Of a stretch of 64,000 nucleotides of DNA, positions 38,508 to 47,429 are shown in pieces (the first letter of the stretch is position 1; the number at the start of each line of letters is the position of its first letter). This DNA is from Oscillospiraceae bacterium (GTDB taxonomy: Bacteria > Bacillota > Clostridia > Oscillospirales > Ruminococcaceae). The translations under genes and the position numbers were made by a program. The stretch spans positions 8,116-72,115 of the forward strand of contig JAFSCU010000008.1 of assembly GCA_017436575.1 (NCBI GenBank), read 5' to 3'. The notes beneath the pieces are model-generated. The model made no database searches. It was given only the letters and a program-made list of their open reading frames with translations, and was not told where the DNA came from.

Positions 38508-39361
38508 TGGCACTTTTTGGCCCTGCAGGTCTTGCAGACAGCTTTAAAACCAAAGGTTACAAAAAATCCATACAGGTGGCGGATTATCTGTCGGAATACG
38601 GCCTTACCGCTTTTGAATATCAGGCAGGCCGTGGTGTGAAAATAGGCACAGATGCGGCGAAACAGCTGGGCGGAGTGCTGGCAGATAAAAATATACAGGT
38701 GTCCATACACGCACCGTACTTTATATCAATGTCTTCTGTTGAAGAAGAAAAACGTCTGAACAGTGTGAATTATATACTGCAGAGTGCCACTGCCCTTAAT
38801 GCAATGGGTGGCCGCAGGGTTATATTTCATTCCGGTTCCTGTGGCAAAATAACAAGACGGGAAGCCTTGGACAAAGCTATGAACACTATGGGGCTGATGA
38901 TGCAGGCTATTGATGACAATGGTCTGGGGCATATGACACTCTGCCCGGAAACAATGGGCAAGGTAAATCAGCTGGGAAGTCTGGACGAGGTGCTGGCGCT
39001 GTGCAGCGTGGATAAAAGAATTCTGCCGTGTATAGATTTCGGTCATCTTAACGCCCGTGATGGTGGCATTATAAAAGGCAAAGATGATTATCTGAGAATT
39101 ATTGACAGAATGGCGGAAAAACTGAAAGATGACCGCTTTATGTATTTTCACTCACATTTTTCAAAAATAGAGTACACCGCAGGTGGCGAAAAACGCCATC
39201 TTACATTCCGGGATACAGTCTGGGGACCTGAGTTTGAACCGCTGATGGATGTGGTGTATGAAAACAATCTTTCTCCTGTGTTTATCTGCGAAAGCGCAGG
39301 CACACAGACAGAGGATGCCCGGACAATGAAGCTTTATTATGAAGCGAAAAAATGTAAATAA
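38507..39361 (+). CDS. AP-endonuclease-2 / xylose-isomerase-like TIM-barrel protein (endonuclease IV-like)
   Basis: 284 aa. ..VSIHAPYFISMSS.., ..CIDFGHLNARDGG.., ..HSHFSKIEYTAGGEKRH.. resemble endonuclease IV metal-site segments. Confidence 0.6.
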   Translation: MALFGPAGLADSFKTKGYKKSIQVADYLSEYGLTAFEYQAGRGVKIGTDAAKQLGGVLADKNIQVSIHAPYFISMSSVEEEKRLNSVNYILQSATALNAMGGRRVIFHSGSCGKITRREALDKAMNTMGLMMQAIDDNGLGHMTLCPETMGKVNQLGSLDEVLALCSVDKRILPCIDFGHLNARDGGIIKGKDDYLRIIDRMAEKLKDDRFMYFHSHFSKIEYTAGGEKRHLTFRDTVWGPEFEPLMDVVYENNLSPVFICESAGTQTEDARTMKLYYEAKKCK

Positions 39362-39410
39362 GCAGATGGCCACTGCTTAATATAAACGTAAAAAAGGAGT
39401 TGCAACTCAA

Positions 39411-40478
39411 ATGAACAGAATTGAAAGATTTATTGAACTGGCAAGTAAAAATCCAGAGTTCGAAGGTGCTATTGTTACCAGCAGCCAGAACCGTTTTTAC
39501 ATGCTGAACATGCATTCTTCTGCAGGTACTATACTGATGCTGAAAGATGCAGCTTATTTTATCATTGATTTCCGCTATATTGAACTGGCACAGAAGTCAG
39601 TTAAAAATGCGCAGGTTATCATGCAGACAAAACTTTATGACCAGATTAATGAACTGCTGGCAAAACACGGTGTTAAAAAACTGTGGATTGAAGAAAGCAT
39701 GTCTGTTGGTGTGATGAACACAATGAAGGCAAACCTGAATGCTGAAATTGTAACAGACAGCCCAATGACAAAAATCATCAATGAAATGCGCCAGATTAAA
39801 TCCAGAGAAGAACTGGAAATCATCAAAACAGGTCAGGCAATTACTGATGCAGGTTTTTCCCATATGCTGACACAGCTGGCAGCAGGCAAAAAAGAAAGAG
39901 ACCTTGCTATCGAACTGGAAACATTTATGCGCAAACAGGGTGCTTCCGGCATCGCTTTCAGCACTATCCTGGTTTCAGGCAAAAATTCATCTCTGCCACA
40001 CGGTGTTCCAAGTGAAAAACTGCTGGAAAAAGGCGATTTTGTTACTATGGACTTTGGTGCTGCATACGGCGGCTACTGCACAGATATGACCAGAACTGTT
40101 GCCATCGGTCATGCAACTGATGAAATGAAACATGTTTACAATACAGTCCTGGAAGCACAGCTGATGGCACTGAAAGAAATCAAAGCAGGTAAAGTTTGCC
40201 ACGATATTGACAAAATTGCCCGTGACCATATTTATGCAAACGGATATGAAGGACGTTTCGGTCACAGCCTGGGCCACAGCTTTGGTATTGATGTACACGA
40301 AACACCTGGTTTTGCCATAGGCAATACAACAGTACTGCAGCCTGGTATGATGCTGTCTGTTGAACCTGGTATCTATCTGCCAGATAAATTCGGCGTTCGT
40401 ATCGAAGATACTATCTATGTAACAGAAGACGGCTGTGAAAATATTACACACAGTCCAAAAGAACTGATTATCCTTTAA
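39411..40478 (+). CDS. Xaa-Pro aminopeptidase (M24B)
   Basis: 355 aa. ..DFGAAYGGYCTDMTRT.. and ..HSLGHSFGIDVHE.. pita-bread metal ligands. The pepP-efp order matches Bacillus yqhT-efp. Confidence 0.85.
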   Translation: MNRIERFIELASKNPEFEGAIVTSSQNRFYMLNMHSSAGTILMLKDAAYFIIDFRYIELAQKSVKNAQVIMQTKLYDQINELLAKHGVKKLWIEESMSVGVMNTMKANLNAEIVTDSPMTKIINEMRQIKSREELEIIKTGQAITDAGFSHMLTQLAAGKKERDLAIELETFMRKQGASGIAFSTILVSGKNSSLPHGVPSEKLLEKGDFVTMDFGAAYGGYCTDMTRTVAIGHATDEMKHVYNTVLEAQLMALKEIKAGKVCHDIDKIARDHIYANGYEGRFGHSLGHSFGIDVHETPGFAIGNTTVLQPGMMLSVEPGIYLPDKFGVRIEDTIYVTEDGCENITHSPKELIIL

Positions 40479-40602
40479 TTTAAAGTATATTATAAAAATT
40501 TACTATTGAAATATTGCACAATATATTGTAAAATGTTATGGTGTAAAAAAATAATATAGTTATTTTTAAAATTAATGATATAAACTATTTGGAGGTAATA
40601 TT

Positions 40603-41175
40603 ATGATTACAGCAGGCGATTTCAGAAATGGTCTGACATTTGAAATCAACGGTCAGCCACACATTATCGTTGAATTCCAGCACGTTAAACCAGGTAAAGG
40701 TGCAGCTTTTGTTAGAACAAAATATAAAAACCTTATCACAGGTGCAATCAGAGAAGAAAGCTTTAACCCAACAGCTAAATTCTCTCCAGCTCGCGTTGAC
40801 AGAGCAGAAATGCAGTATCTGTACAACGACGGCGAAGTTTACTATGTAATGGACGTAGAAACATTTGACCAGATCACTCTGCCAATGGAAGACAACAAAG
40901 ATGCTTTCAAATTCGTAAGAGAAAACACAAACGTTAGAGTTCTTTCTTACAACGGCAGCGTATTCGGTGTTGAACCAGATAACTTTGTAGTTCTGGAAGT
41001 TACAGAAACAGAACCAGGCCTGAAAGGTAACACAGCTACAAACACACTGAAACCAGCAACAGTAGAAACAGGTGCTGAAGTTAGAGTTCCACTGTTTATC
41101 GAACAGGGCGAACTTATCGAAATCGATACAAGAGATGGTTCTTACATGGGCCGTGCTAAATCTTACGACAAATAA
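40603..41175 (+). CDS. efp: elongation factor P
   Basis: 190 aa. ..VEFQHVKPGKGAAFVRTKYKNL.. with the conserved modified Lys loop. Confidence 0.97.
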   Translation: MITAGDFRNGLTFEINGQPHIIVEFQHVKPGKGAAFVRTKYKNLITGAIREESFNPTAKFSPARVDRAEMQYLYNDGEVYYVMDVETFDQITLPMEDNKDAFKFVRENTNVRVLSYNGSVFGVEPDNFVVLEVTETEPGLKGNTATNTLKPATVETGAEVRVPLFIEQGELIEIDTRDGSYMGRAKSYDK

Positions 41176-41215
41176 TTTGTCTATATAAACATTCACAGAA
41201 ACGGAGAATAATACT

Positions 41216-41773
41216 ATGATGTCTCTTACAGAAAAACTGGCATATATCCAGGGCCTCTGCGAAGGTCTTGCACTTGATGAAACAACAAAAGAAGGCAAAG
41301 TTCTGCTGGCTGTTGTAGAACTGCTGGACGACCTGACAGATACAGTTTCTCAGCTGGACAACGATGTTGACCAGATTTTTGATGAACTGGATGCTATCGA
41401 TGAAGACCTGTCAGATGTAGAAGATGCTCTGCTTTATGACGATGAAGACGAAGATGATGACGATGATTGCTGCTGTGGCGGCCATGGTCACCACCATCAC
41501 GGCGACCACGAATGTAAATGTGGTCACCACCATCATGACGATGAAGACGAAGATGACGATGAATGGGATGACGACGAAGATCTGACAGACCTTTTTGACG
41601 AAGAAAACCCACTTTATGAAATCACTTGTCCAAAATGTGGCGAAATCGTATGTATGGACGAAGATATGCTCTTCAGCCCAGACTGTGCATGTCCAAACTG
41701 CGGCACAAGCTTCGAAATCGAATTCGATGAAGAATGTGACTGCGAAGAATGTGCAGAAGAAGACGAAGAATAA
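41216..41773 (+). CDS. CD1247-like protein: helical N-domain, acidic/His-Cys-rich linker, C-terminal double zinc ribbon
   Basis: 185 aa. ..DDEDEDDDDDCCCGGHGHHHHGDHECKCGHHHHDDEDEDDDEWDDDED.. then CPKCG..CPNCG. The position after efp matches C. difficile CD1246-CD1247 synteny (from memory, not searched). Confidence 0.6.
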   Translation: MMSLTEKLAYIQGLCEGLALDETTKEGKVLLAVVELLDDLTDTVSQLDNDVDQIFDELDAIDEDLSDVEDALLYDDEDEDDDDDCCCGGHGHHHHGDHECKCGHHHHDDEDEDDDEWDDDEDLTDLFDEENPLYEITCPKCGEIVCMDEDMLFSPDCACPNCGTSFEIEFDEECDCEECAEEDEE

Positions 41774-41784
41774 TTCTCAATACC

Positions 41785-41818
41785 AAAAGCCTTGCTGATT
41801 GCAAGGCTTTTATTTTTG
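41785..41818 (+). terminator. intrinsic terminator
   Basis: AAAAGCCTTGC-TGATT-GCAAGGCTTTT followed by ATTTTTGG. Confidence 0.8.
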
Positions 41819-41875
41819 GTTATATTAATAATTTTTCCGGCATAGTATTTATAAAAAATGTGCGGAGATTTTATT

Positions 41876-42166
41876 ATGCAGGACAAACTTTTTATTGACC
41901 TGGGTGGAGAAAGAGCTGTGGCCATAGGTCGTTATGTGGCACAGACAGGTGCCACTGTGCGACGGGCAGCCGCCGTTTTCGGTATATCCAAAAGCACCGC
42001 CCACAAAGACCTGGCTGTCAGGCTGAAAAATGAAAACTATACACTGTACTGTCAGGTGGCCCGGGTGCTGGCAAAAAACAAACAGGAAAGGCATATCCGT
42101 GGCGGGCTTGCTACCAGGGAAAAATATCTTTGCATAGCCAGAAAAAATGATGTTTGTCAGGAATAA
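41876..42166 (+). CDS. spoIIID: sporulation transcriptional regulator SpoIIID
   Basis: 96 aa from the ATG at 41876 (GGAG 8 nt upstream). ..AVAIGRYVAQTGATVRRAAAVFGISKSTAHKDLAVRL.. matches the SpoIIID HTH, followed by ..IRGGLATREKY. Confidence 0.75.
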   Translation: MQDKLFIDLGGERAVAIGRYVAQTGATVRRAAAVFGISKSTAHKDLAVRLKNENYTLYCQVARVLAKNKQERHIRGGLATREKYLCIARKNDVCQE

Positions 42167-42211
42167 TACGTCTTGAGTTAATACATATTCATTAAAATTG
42201 TATATTTAAAC

Positions 42212-42240
42212 TTGATTATTAAGTTTTATAGTAGTATACT
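42212..42240 (+). promoter_or_regulatory. sigma-A-type promoter
   Basis: TTGATT (42212-42217), 17 nt, TATACT (42235-42240). Confidence 0.5.
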
Positions 42241-42271
42241 GTGAATATGTATTAATCGAGGAGAGAGAAAA

Positions 42272-43711
42272 ATGATTGACAACAAAAAACTTTTTTCAAT
42301 AGTAGACAACCTGGCAGAGGTTATTGCACAGGCAAATGACGATGTATGGCAGGCTGCTGAAGTTTATTTCAAAGAATACAAATCTGCACAGGTTCTTTCC
42401 GAAACTGCTGAAAAATTTGGTTTTACAACAGAAATGGGTGTAAGCGGGATACCAACTGCTTTTGTATGTAAATGGGGTGAAAAAGGCCCTAAAATCGGTA
42501 TTCTGGCAGAATATGATGCACTGGATGCACTGAGCCAGAAGGAAGGTGTAACAGAAAAATGCCCGGCAGATGGCAGACCTGAAGGCTTTCCTGGCCATGG
42601 CTGTGGACATAACAGTCTGGGTGCAGGTGCACTGGGGGCTTCCATTGCATTGAAACAGTACTGTGAAGCAGAAGGTGTAGACGCACAGATTTACTTCTTC
42701 GGTTGCCCTGGTGAAGAAAACGGCAGCGGTAAGGTGTTTATGGCCCGTGACGGTCTGTTTGATGATATGGACATCTGCATTACATGGCACCCTGGTACCA
42801 CAAACTCCATTACAGGTGATGGCTCCCTGGCAAATATCAGTATCAAATACAAATTCTATGGCGTGGCCAGCCACGCTGCAGCAGTGCCACATCTGGGACG
42901 CAGTGCCCTTGATGCCTGTGAACTGATGAATGTGGGCGTAAACTATCTCCGTGAACATATTATTCCAGAGGCAAGAGTACATTATTCCTACCTTGATGCA
43001 GGCGGAAAAGCACCTAATGTTGTTCAGGATTATGCATGCACATATTACTTTGTCCGTGCGCCAAAAGCCAAGACAGCTTTTGAAATCACCGACAGAGTTG
43101 ACGATATTGCCCGCGGTGCAGCTCTTATGACAGGTACAAAACTGGAAATTATACATATGGACGGTCTGTCTGACTATATTCCTAACGAAACATTGGGCAA
43201 CCTTATGTATGAAGCATTCTGTGAAGTTGGCACACCTGACTACACAGAAGAAGAAATTGCAATGGCAAAGGCATATACAGATACATTTGATGCCGTAGGT
43301 CTGGAAAGCGCCAGAAAACAGGCTGCAAAAGAAGCAGGTGTAGATGTTTCCGTTTATGAAAATATGTATCTGGACAAAAACATTGCCCCTTACAATCATC
43401 AGCCTGAAAAAGCTATGCCAGGTTCCACAGATGTGGGCGATGTAAGCTATTGCGCACCTACAGCACAGTTCTCTGCTGCCACAGTTGCTGTTGGCACACC
43501 TGGTCACTCCTGGCAGATGACAGGTCAGGGTGCTGTAAGCTATTGTCATAAAGGTACAGTGAATGCCGCAAAAGTACTGGCATTGACAGCTCTTAAAGCT
43601 ATTGACAACCCTGAAATTATGGAAAAAGCCAAGGCAGAACACAAAAAGAACTGTCCGGACGGCTATATCTGTCCTACAGACCCTGCATTTATGCCGGACC
43701 TGGAAGGTTAA
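42272..43711 (+). CDS. M20-family amidohydrolase, AbgB-like (second paralogue)
   Basis: 479 aa. ..PGHGCGHNSLGAG.. and ..PGSTDVGDVSYCAPT..GTPGHSWQ.., collinear with the 33805 gene. Confidence 0.8.
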   Translation: MIDNKKLFSIVDNLAEVIAQANDDVWQAAEVYFKEYKSAQVLSETAEKFGFTTEMGVSGIPTAFVCKWGEKGPKIGILAEYDALDALSQKEGVTEKCPADGRPEGFPGHGCGHNSLGAGALGASIALKQYCEAEGVDAQIYFFGCPGEENGSGKVFMARDGLFDDMDICITWHPGTTNSITGDGSLANISIKYKFYGVASHAAAVPHLGRSALDACELMNVGVNYLREHIIPEARVHYSYLDAGGKAPNVVQDYACTYYFVRAPKAKTAFEITDRVDDIARGAALMTGTKLEIIHMDGLSDYIPNETLGNLMYEAFCEVGTPDYTEEEIAMAKAYTDTFDAVGLESARKQAAKEAGVDVSVYENMYLDKNIAPYNHQPEKAMPGSTDVGDVSYCAPTAQFSAATVAVGTPGHSWQMTGQGAVSYCHKGTVNAAKVLALTALKAIDNPEIMEKAKAEHKKNCPDGYICPTDPAFMPDLEG

Positions 43712-43722
43712 CATAAAAATTT

Positions 43723-43752
43723 ATCCCCCGATGTATTTCGGGGGATTTTTTT
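43723..43752 (+). terminator. intrinsic terminator
   Basis: ATCCCCCGA-TGTATT-TCGGGGGAT followed by TTTTTT. Confidence 0.8.
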
Positions 43753-43781
43753 AGTTAAGCTGATAGCTTCCACTACGTAAG

Positions 43782-43815
43782 AAAAACAGAGGGCAAGGTT
43801 TTTATACCCTGCCCT
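43782..43815 (-). terminator. terminator of the M28 peptidase gene
   Basis: On the reverse strand: AGGGCAGGGT-ATAAAA-ACCTTGCCCT (one mismatch) followed by CTGTTTTTC. Confidence 0.6.
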
Positions 43816-43830
43816 TTATTTATAATATAA

Positions 43831-45105
43831 TTATTTGTTTTCTTTAAGCTTTGCAGCTTCTGCCATTTCTTTTTTGAACAGATAGTTGTCTACTTTTTCT
43901 GTCATTTCAGGTGGAACAACTTTTGCAAATGGGAATACATCAGCGTTAATCATTTCTTCAGCATAGTCCTGAACAAATTTTGTTGTTCTTTCCAGTGCTT
44001 TTGGATACAGCCAGTCGATAATGTCATTTCTGTCGTGGATGTAACCTGCACCCTGTGTACCAAAACGGATAAAGCTTGTGGATGGAACACCGTTGTCAGC
44101 AAAAGGAACACCATCAGATGAGTAGATGTCCTGTTTTGTGATAACTGCATAACCTTTGCGTCTCATAAAGGAATCACAGTAGTTTGCTGCTTCTTTGCTG
44201 GCCAGTACCAGTGCCTGGTCTGCACCCAGCACGCTGCCGCCTACGTCAACGTTAATCATATAAACATGGTCTTTCAGTTCGTCTTTATGTGTTTTAACCC
44301 ATGCTTTTGAACCCAGCAGGCCCATTTCTTCACTGCCGTACCAGTTGAACTGCAGTGTTCTTCTTGGTGGGTTTGCAACAAAGTGACGGAGAATTTCCAT
44401 ATTGATTACGCTGCCTGCACCATTGTCATAAACACCTGTGGAGAATTCAACAGAGTCGAAATGTGCGCCAAAGGAAACGATTTCGTCAGCTTTGTCTGTA
44501 CCTGGAACAGTTGCAACAACGTTGTGGCTGGTTCTTGTTACAAATTCGCCTTTAACTGTCAGTTTAACTTTTGTTGCGCCTTCTTTTACCATTTCAAAGG
44601 CATCTTTGATACGGATGCTTGCAGCTGGCAGATTGCCGAATGCACGCAGTGTATCTCTTGTGGAACGCTGCAGCAGGTCGCTGTTTTCTTCTGTATCCAG
44701 CATTGTACCTGTCATGGAGATAAAGCCAACTGCACCTGATTTCAGGATTTTTCTGAACAGGTCCAGTCTTACAATACCATTAACCAGAATGATTTTGCCT
44801 TTTGAGTTTGCAATATCAACATCTGTCATGTTTTCGGCATAGTAGAATGGTGCTTCGATGCCTTCATCAGGTGTGTTTTCACTGAATCTGTATGCTCTTA
44901 CAACATATTTCTTATTATAAGGTTCCAGAACTTCCAGTTCAGCCTTTTCCTGAACATAATCTTCGATTTCAAATGGTTCGATGTCAGCTTTGATGCCCAT
45001 TGCTTCAACTTCTTCTTTCAGAATCTGTGCAGCTTTCAGTTCTTCAGCACTGCCGCCAACGCGAACAAAACCGATTTTTTTAAGTAATTCAAACTGTTTA
45101 CTCAT
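43831..45105 (-). CDS. M28-family aminopeptidase with PA domain
   Basis: 424 aa. ..GAHFDSV.., ..DNGAGS.., ..GSEEMGLLGS.. zinc-ligand motifs. Confidence 0.8.
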   Translation of the reverse strand: MSKQFELLKKIGFVRVGGSAEELKAAQILKEEVEAMGIKADIEPFEIEDYVQEKAELEVLEPYNKKYVVRAYRFSENTPDEGIEAPFYYAENMTDVDIANSKGKIILVNGIVRLDLFRKILKSGAVGFISMTGTMLDTEENSDLLQRSTRDTLRAFGNLPAASIRIKDAFEMVKEGATKVKLTVKGEFVTRTSHNVVATVPGTDKADEIVSFGAHFDSVEFSTGVYDNGAGSVINMEILRHFVANPPRRTLQFNWYGSEEMGLLGSKAWVKTHKDELKDHVYMINVDVGGSVLGADQALVLASKEAANYCDSFMRRKGYAVITKQDIYSSDGVPFADNGVPSTSFIRFGTQGAGYIHDRNDIIDWLYPKALERTTKFVQDYAEEMINADVFPFAKVVPPEMTEKVDNYLFKKEMAEAAKLKENK

Positions 45106-45482
45106 AGTAAAGTCCTCTCTTTTGTAAGTTTTTACAATTTAATTGCTATTATATCACATCTTTTGTAATTTGTCACATATTTGTCAAATGTAACTATTTT
45201 GACATATTCTTAATTAAATAAACATAATTGTGAAATCCGCTAAATATAAAATAGTTTAATATTGAAATTTTAATTGTTTTTTCAAAAGGATTGATAATAA
45301 TTTAACTTTTTTAAAAAATATGATATTTGCAATTTTTTATTGAATGTGATAAATTTATGAACATCACAAAAGACCTTTGTGAAAATCGTAACAAAGCGCG
45401 GTCAAAGTACTGAAAATTTTTGTTGCAGATGTTCAAAAAGGTTTTTAAAAGACAAGTATATTTTATATAAGGAGAGACAAAG

Positions 45483-47318
45483 ATGAAAAAATTACTTGCA
45501 TTGGCACTTAGCTTAGTAATGGCTTTTTCACTGGTAGCTTGCGGCGGCGAAGCCGGCGGCAATGAAGAAGTTGAACTCCTTCCAGTACAGCCAGAAACAA
45601 TCAAAATTCTTGCTCAGTCTACAAGAGAAGCAGAAGTTAACATTCTGCGTGACCAGCTTGGTAAAGCTGGCTTTGTAATCGAAGTTGATATGCAGCCTGA
45701 CTACGCTTCAGTATCAGCAGCTCGTGACAAAGGCGATTACGACATTTGTATTTCAGGTTGGTCAACAGGTACAGGTAACCTGGACTATGCTGTTCGTGGT
45801 ATCCTGCACTCAACAGGTGACTACAACTATTCACCAGTTATTGACGAAGAAGTTGACAGACTGATTGACCTTGGTGCTTCACAGACACAGGCACAGGCTG
45901 TTCAGACATACCTCGATCTGGAAACACGTCTTATCGACGAAATGGCTTACATGATTCCTCTCTACTCACCAAAATCTGTTGTTGCTTACAACAAAGATGT
46001 TGTTAATGTAGAAAATCTGAAAATGTACAAATCTTCCGGTCCACTGTGGTGGGAATACAGATACAATGATGAATCCCTCAACGAAACAAGACCTCTTGTT
46101 TTCACACAGAATAACGCTGTAATGTCTACACTTGACCCAGTTCAGGGTAATGACGCTTCCATGGGTTCAGCAGCATCAGCTAACTATGCTAAACTGCTTG
46201 CACTGGATGTTGACGACAGCTTTAAAGTTGAAGGTTCTGCATCTTATGCTTACGCTATCGGCGAAGGCAACAGCGAATTCTACTTCCTGCTTCGTGATGA
46301 CCTCTACTTCGGTACAACAGAAAACGGCGAAGTTGTAAACACAGGCGTTAGAGCCGGTGGTGAAGACGTTGTTTACTCACTGGAAAGAGCTTCAAACAAA
46401 AACTCTGTTCCATCACACAAAACATTTACACTCCACAACCACCTTGCAAAAATCGAAGTTCTGACAGACCTTAACGAACTGTCTACAAAACTTGATTCTG
46501 ACTCTGGCAAACCAGTTCTGGAAACACTCCAGGCAGGTATCAACGGCGAAATCGCAGCTCTCGTTGCAAAAGACGAAGATGCAGATAACGCAGCTGGCAA
46601 ATACCAGGTTGTAAAAATCACAACAACAGAACCATTCCCACAGGTTCTCAACTTCCTCTGCCACTCATCTGCAGGTATCGTATGTAAAGAACAGGTTGAA
46701 AAATACAACGCTAAATACATGAAAGACGGTAAATTTGACGTTGATAACTTCGACATCTCCAAAGACGTTGCATACGGCGACTTCGCAGCATTCAAAAATG
46801 GCGACACAGGTATGCTCTGGTGCTCAGGCCCATTCGTTATGACAAAAGTTGACGACTACGGTGCAACATTTGTTGCTAACCCTGGCTACAAAGCTGAAGC
46901 AGAAGACAGACCAGCTATCAAAACTTACTACCTCAAATTCATCATGGACCCAGCAGCAGCAGCTTCTGCATTCCGTGCAGGCGAAATCGACGTTCTGTCT
47001 TCAGTAGATGCTAACATGGTTGCTACACTCCAGGCTGATGAAAAATTTGAAGTTCGTATCAAAGATGCTAACTCCACATACTACTGCTACGTTAATATGA
47101 GAGAAGGCAGCAAATTCCAGAACGTTGACCTGAGAAAAGCTGTTCTCTATGCAATCAACCAGCAGGACTTCGTAGATTACAAAGACGGTATGGTTAACAA
47201 AGTTTACTCTGTAGTTGACACATTCCTCCACGGCGGTGACACACCAAGAGTTCTTGAACAGGATCTTGTAAAAGCTAACAAACACCTTGCAGCTTACCAG
47301 GCAACACTTGCTGAATAA
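45483..47318 (+). CDS. ABC transporter substrate-binding lipoprotein, family 5 (peptide/nickel type)
   Basis: 611 aa, AAGGAGAG RBS. Lipobox LVAC-GG after a signal peptide. SBP_bac_5-like body. Confidence 0.8.
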   Translation: MKKLLALALSLVMAFSLVACGGEAGGNEEVELLPVQPETIKILAQSTREAEVNILRDQLGKAGFVIEVDMQPDYASVSAARDKGDYDICISGWSTGTGNLDYAVRGILHSTGDYNYSPVIDEEVDRLIDLGASQTQAQAVQTYLDLETRLIDEMAYMIPLYSPKSVVAYNKDVVNVENLKMYKSSGPLWWEYRYNDESLNETRPLVFTQNNAVMSTLDPVQGNDASMGSAASANYAKLLALDVDDSFKVEGSASYAYAIGEGNSEFYFLLRDDLYFGTTENGEVVNTGVRAGGEDVVYSLERASNKNSVPSHKTFTLHNHLAKIEVLTDLNELSTKLDSDSGKPVLETLQAGINGEIAALVAKDEDADNAAGKYQVVKITTTEPFPQVLNFLCHSSAGIVCKEQVEKYNAKYMKDGKFDVDNFDISKDVAYGDFAAFKNGDTGMLWCSGPFVMTKVDDYGATFVANPGYKAEAEDRPAIKTYYLKFIMDPAAAASAFRAGEIDVLSSVDANMVATLQADEKFEVRIKDANSTYYCYVNMREGSKFQNVDLRKAVLYAINQQDFVDYKDGMVNKVYSVVDTFLHGGDTPRVLEQDLVKANKHLAAYQATLAE

Positions 47319-47341
47319 TCTACAGTATTATTACAAATAAT

Positions 47342-47370
47342 TAAAGGCTACCTTCGGGTAGCCTTTTTTA
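47342..47370 (+). terminator. intrinsic terminator
   Basis: AAAGGCTACC-TTCG-GGTAGCCTTT followed by TTTAT. Confidence 0.8.
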
Positions 47371-47429
47371 TATACTGACATTATTGCTGCAGTCTGTTAT
47401 AATAGTATATAAAGAAAGCAGGTGGTATA

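Noticed and set aside
39393-39410. Palindrome GAGTTGCAACTC upstream of the Xaa-Pro peptidase gene. It shares GAGTTGC with the hairpin-cluster loops.
   Set aside because: It overlaps the AAAGGAG ribosome-binding site, is only 12 nt long, and lacks the flanking GC stems of the 25-kb cluster. It is most simply coincidence.
41430-41590. Purine-rich GAT/GAA/GAC repeats that look like a DNA tandem repeat.
   Set aside because: They are in-frame codons for the Asp/Glu/His-rich tract of the CD1247-like protein. The repeat unit and spacing are irregular, so this is not a CRISPR array or a VNTR-type non-coding repeat.
42296-43714. A 472-aa minus-strand ORF spanning exactly the AbgB-like gene 42272-43711.
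   Set aside because: It mirrors a well-supported plus-strand gene. The product is Cys/Phe/Thr-rich low complexity with no RBS and no recognisable motif. Long antisense frames are expected here because sense genes rarely use TTA, CTA or TCA codons (Leu is mostly CTG), and these codons are what create antisense stops.
45311-45604. A 97-aa minus-strand ORF in the AT-rich spacer that overlaps the start of the binding-lipoprotein gene.
   Set aside because: It overlaps the signal-peptide region of a well-supported gene on the other strand. It has no RBS, and the rest is AT-rich promoter DNA.
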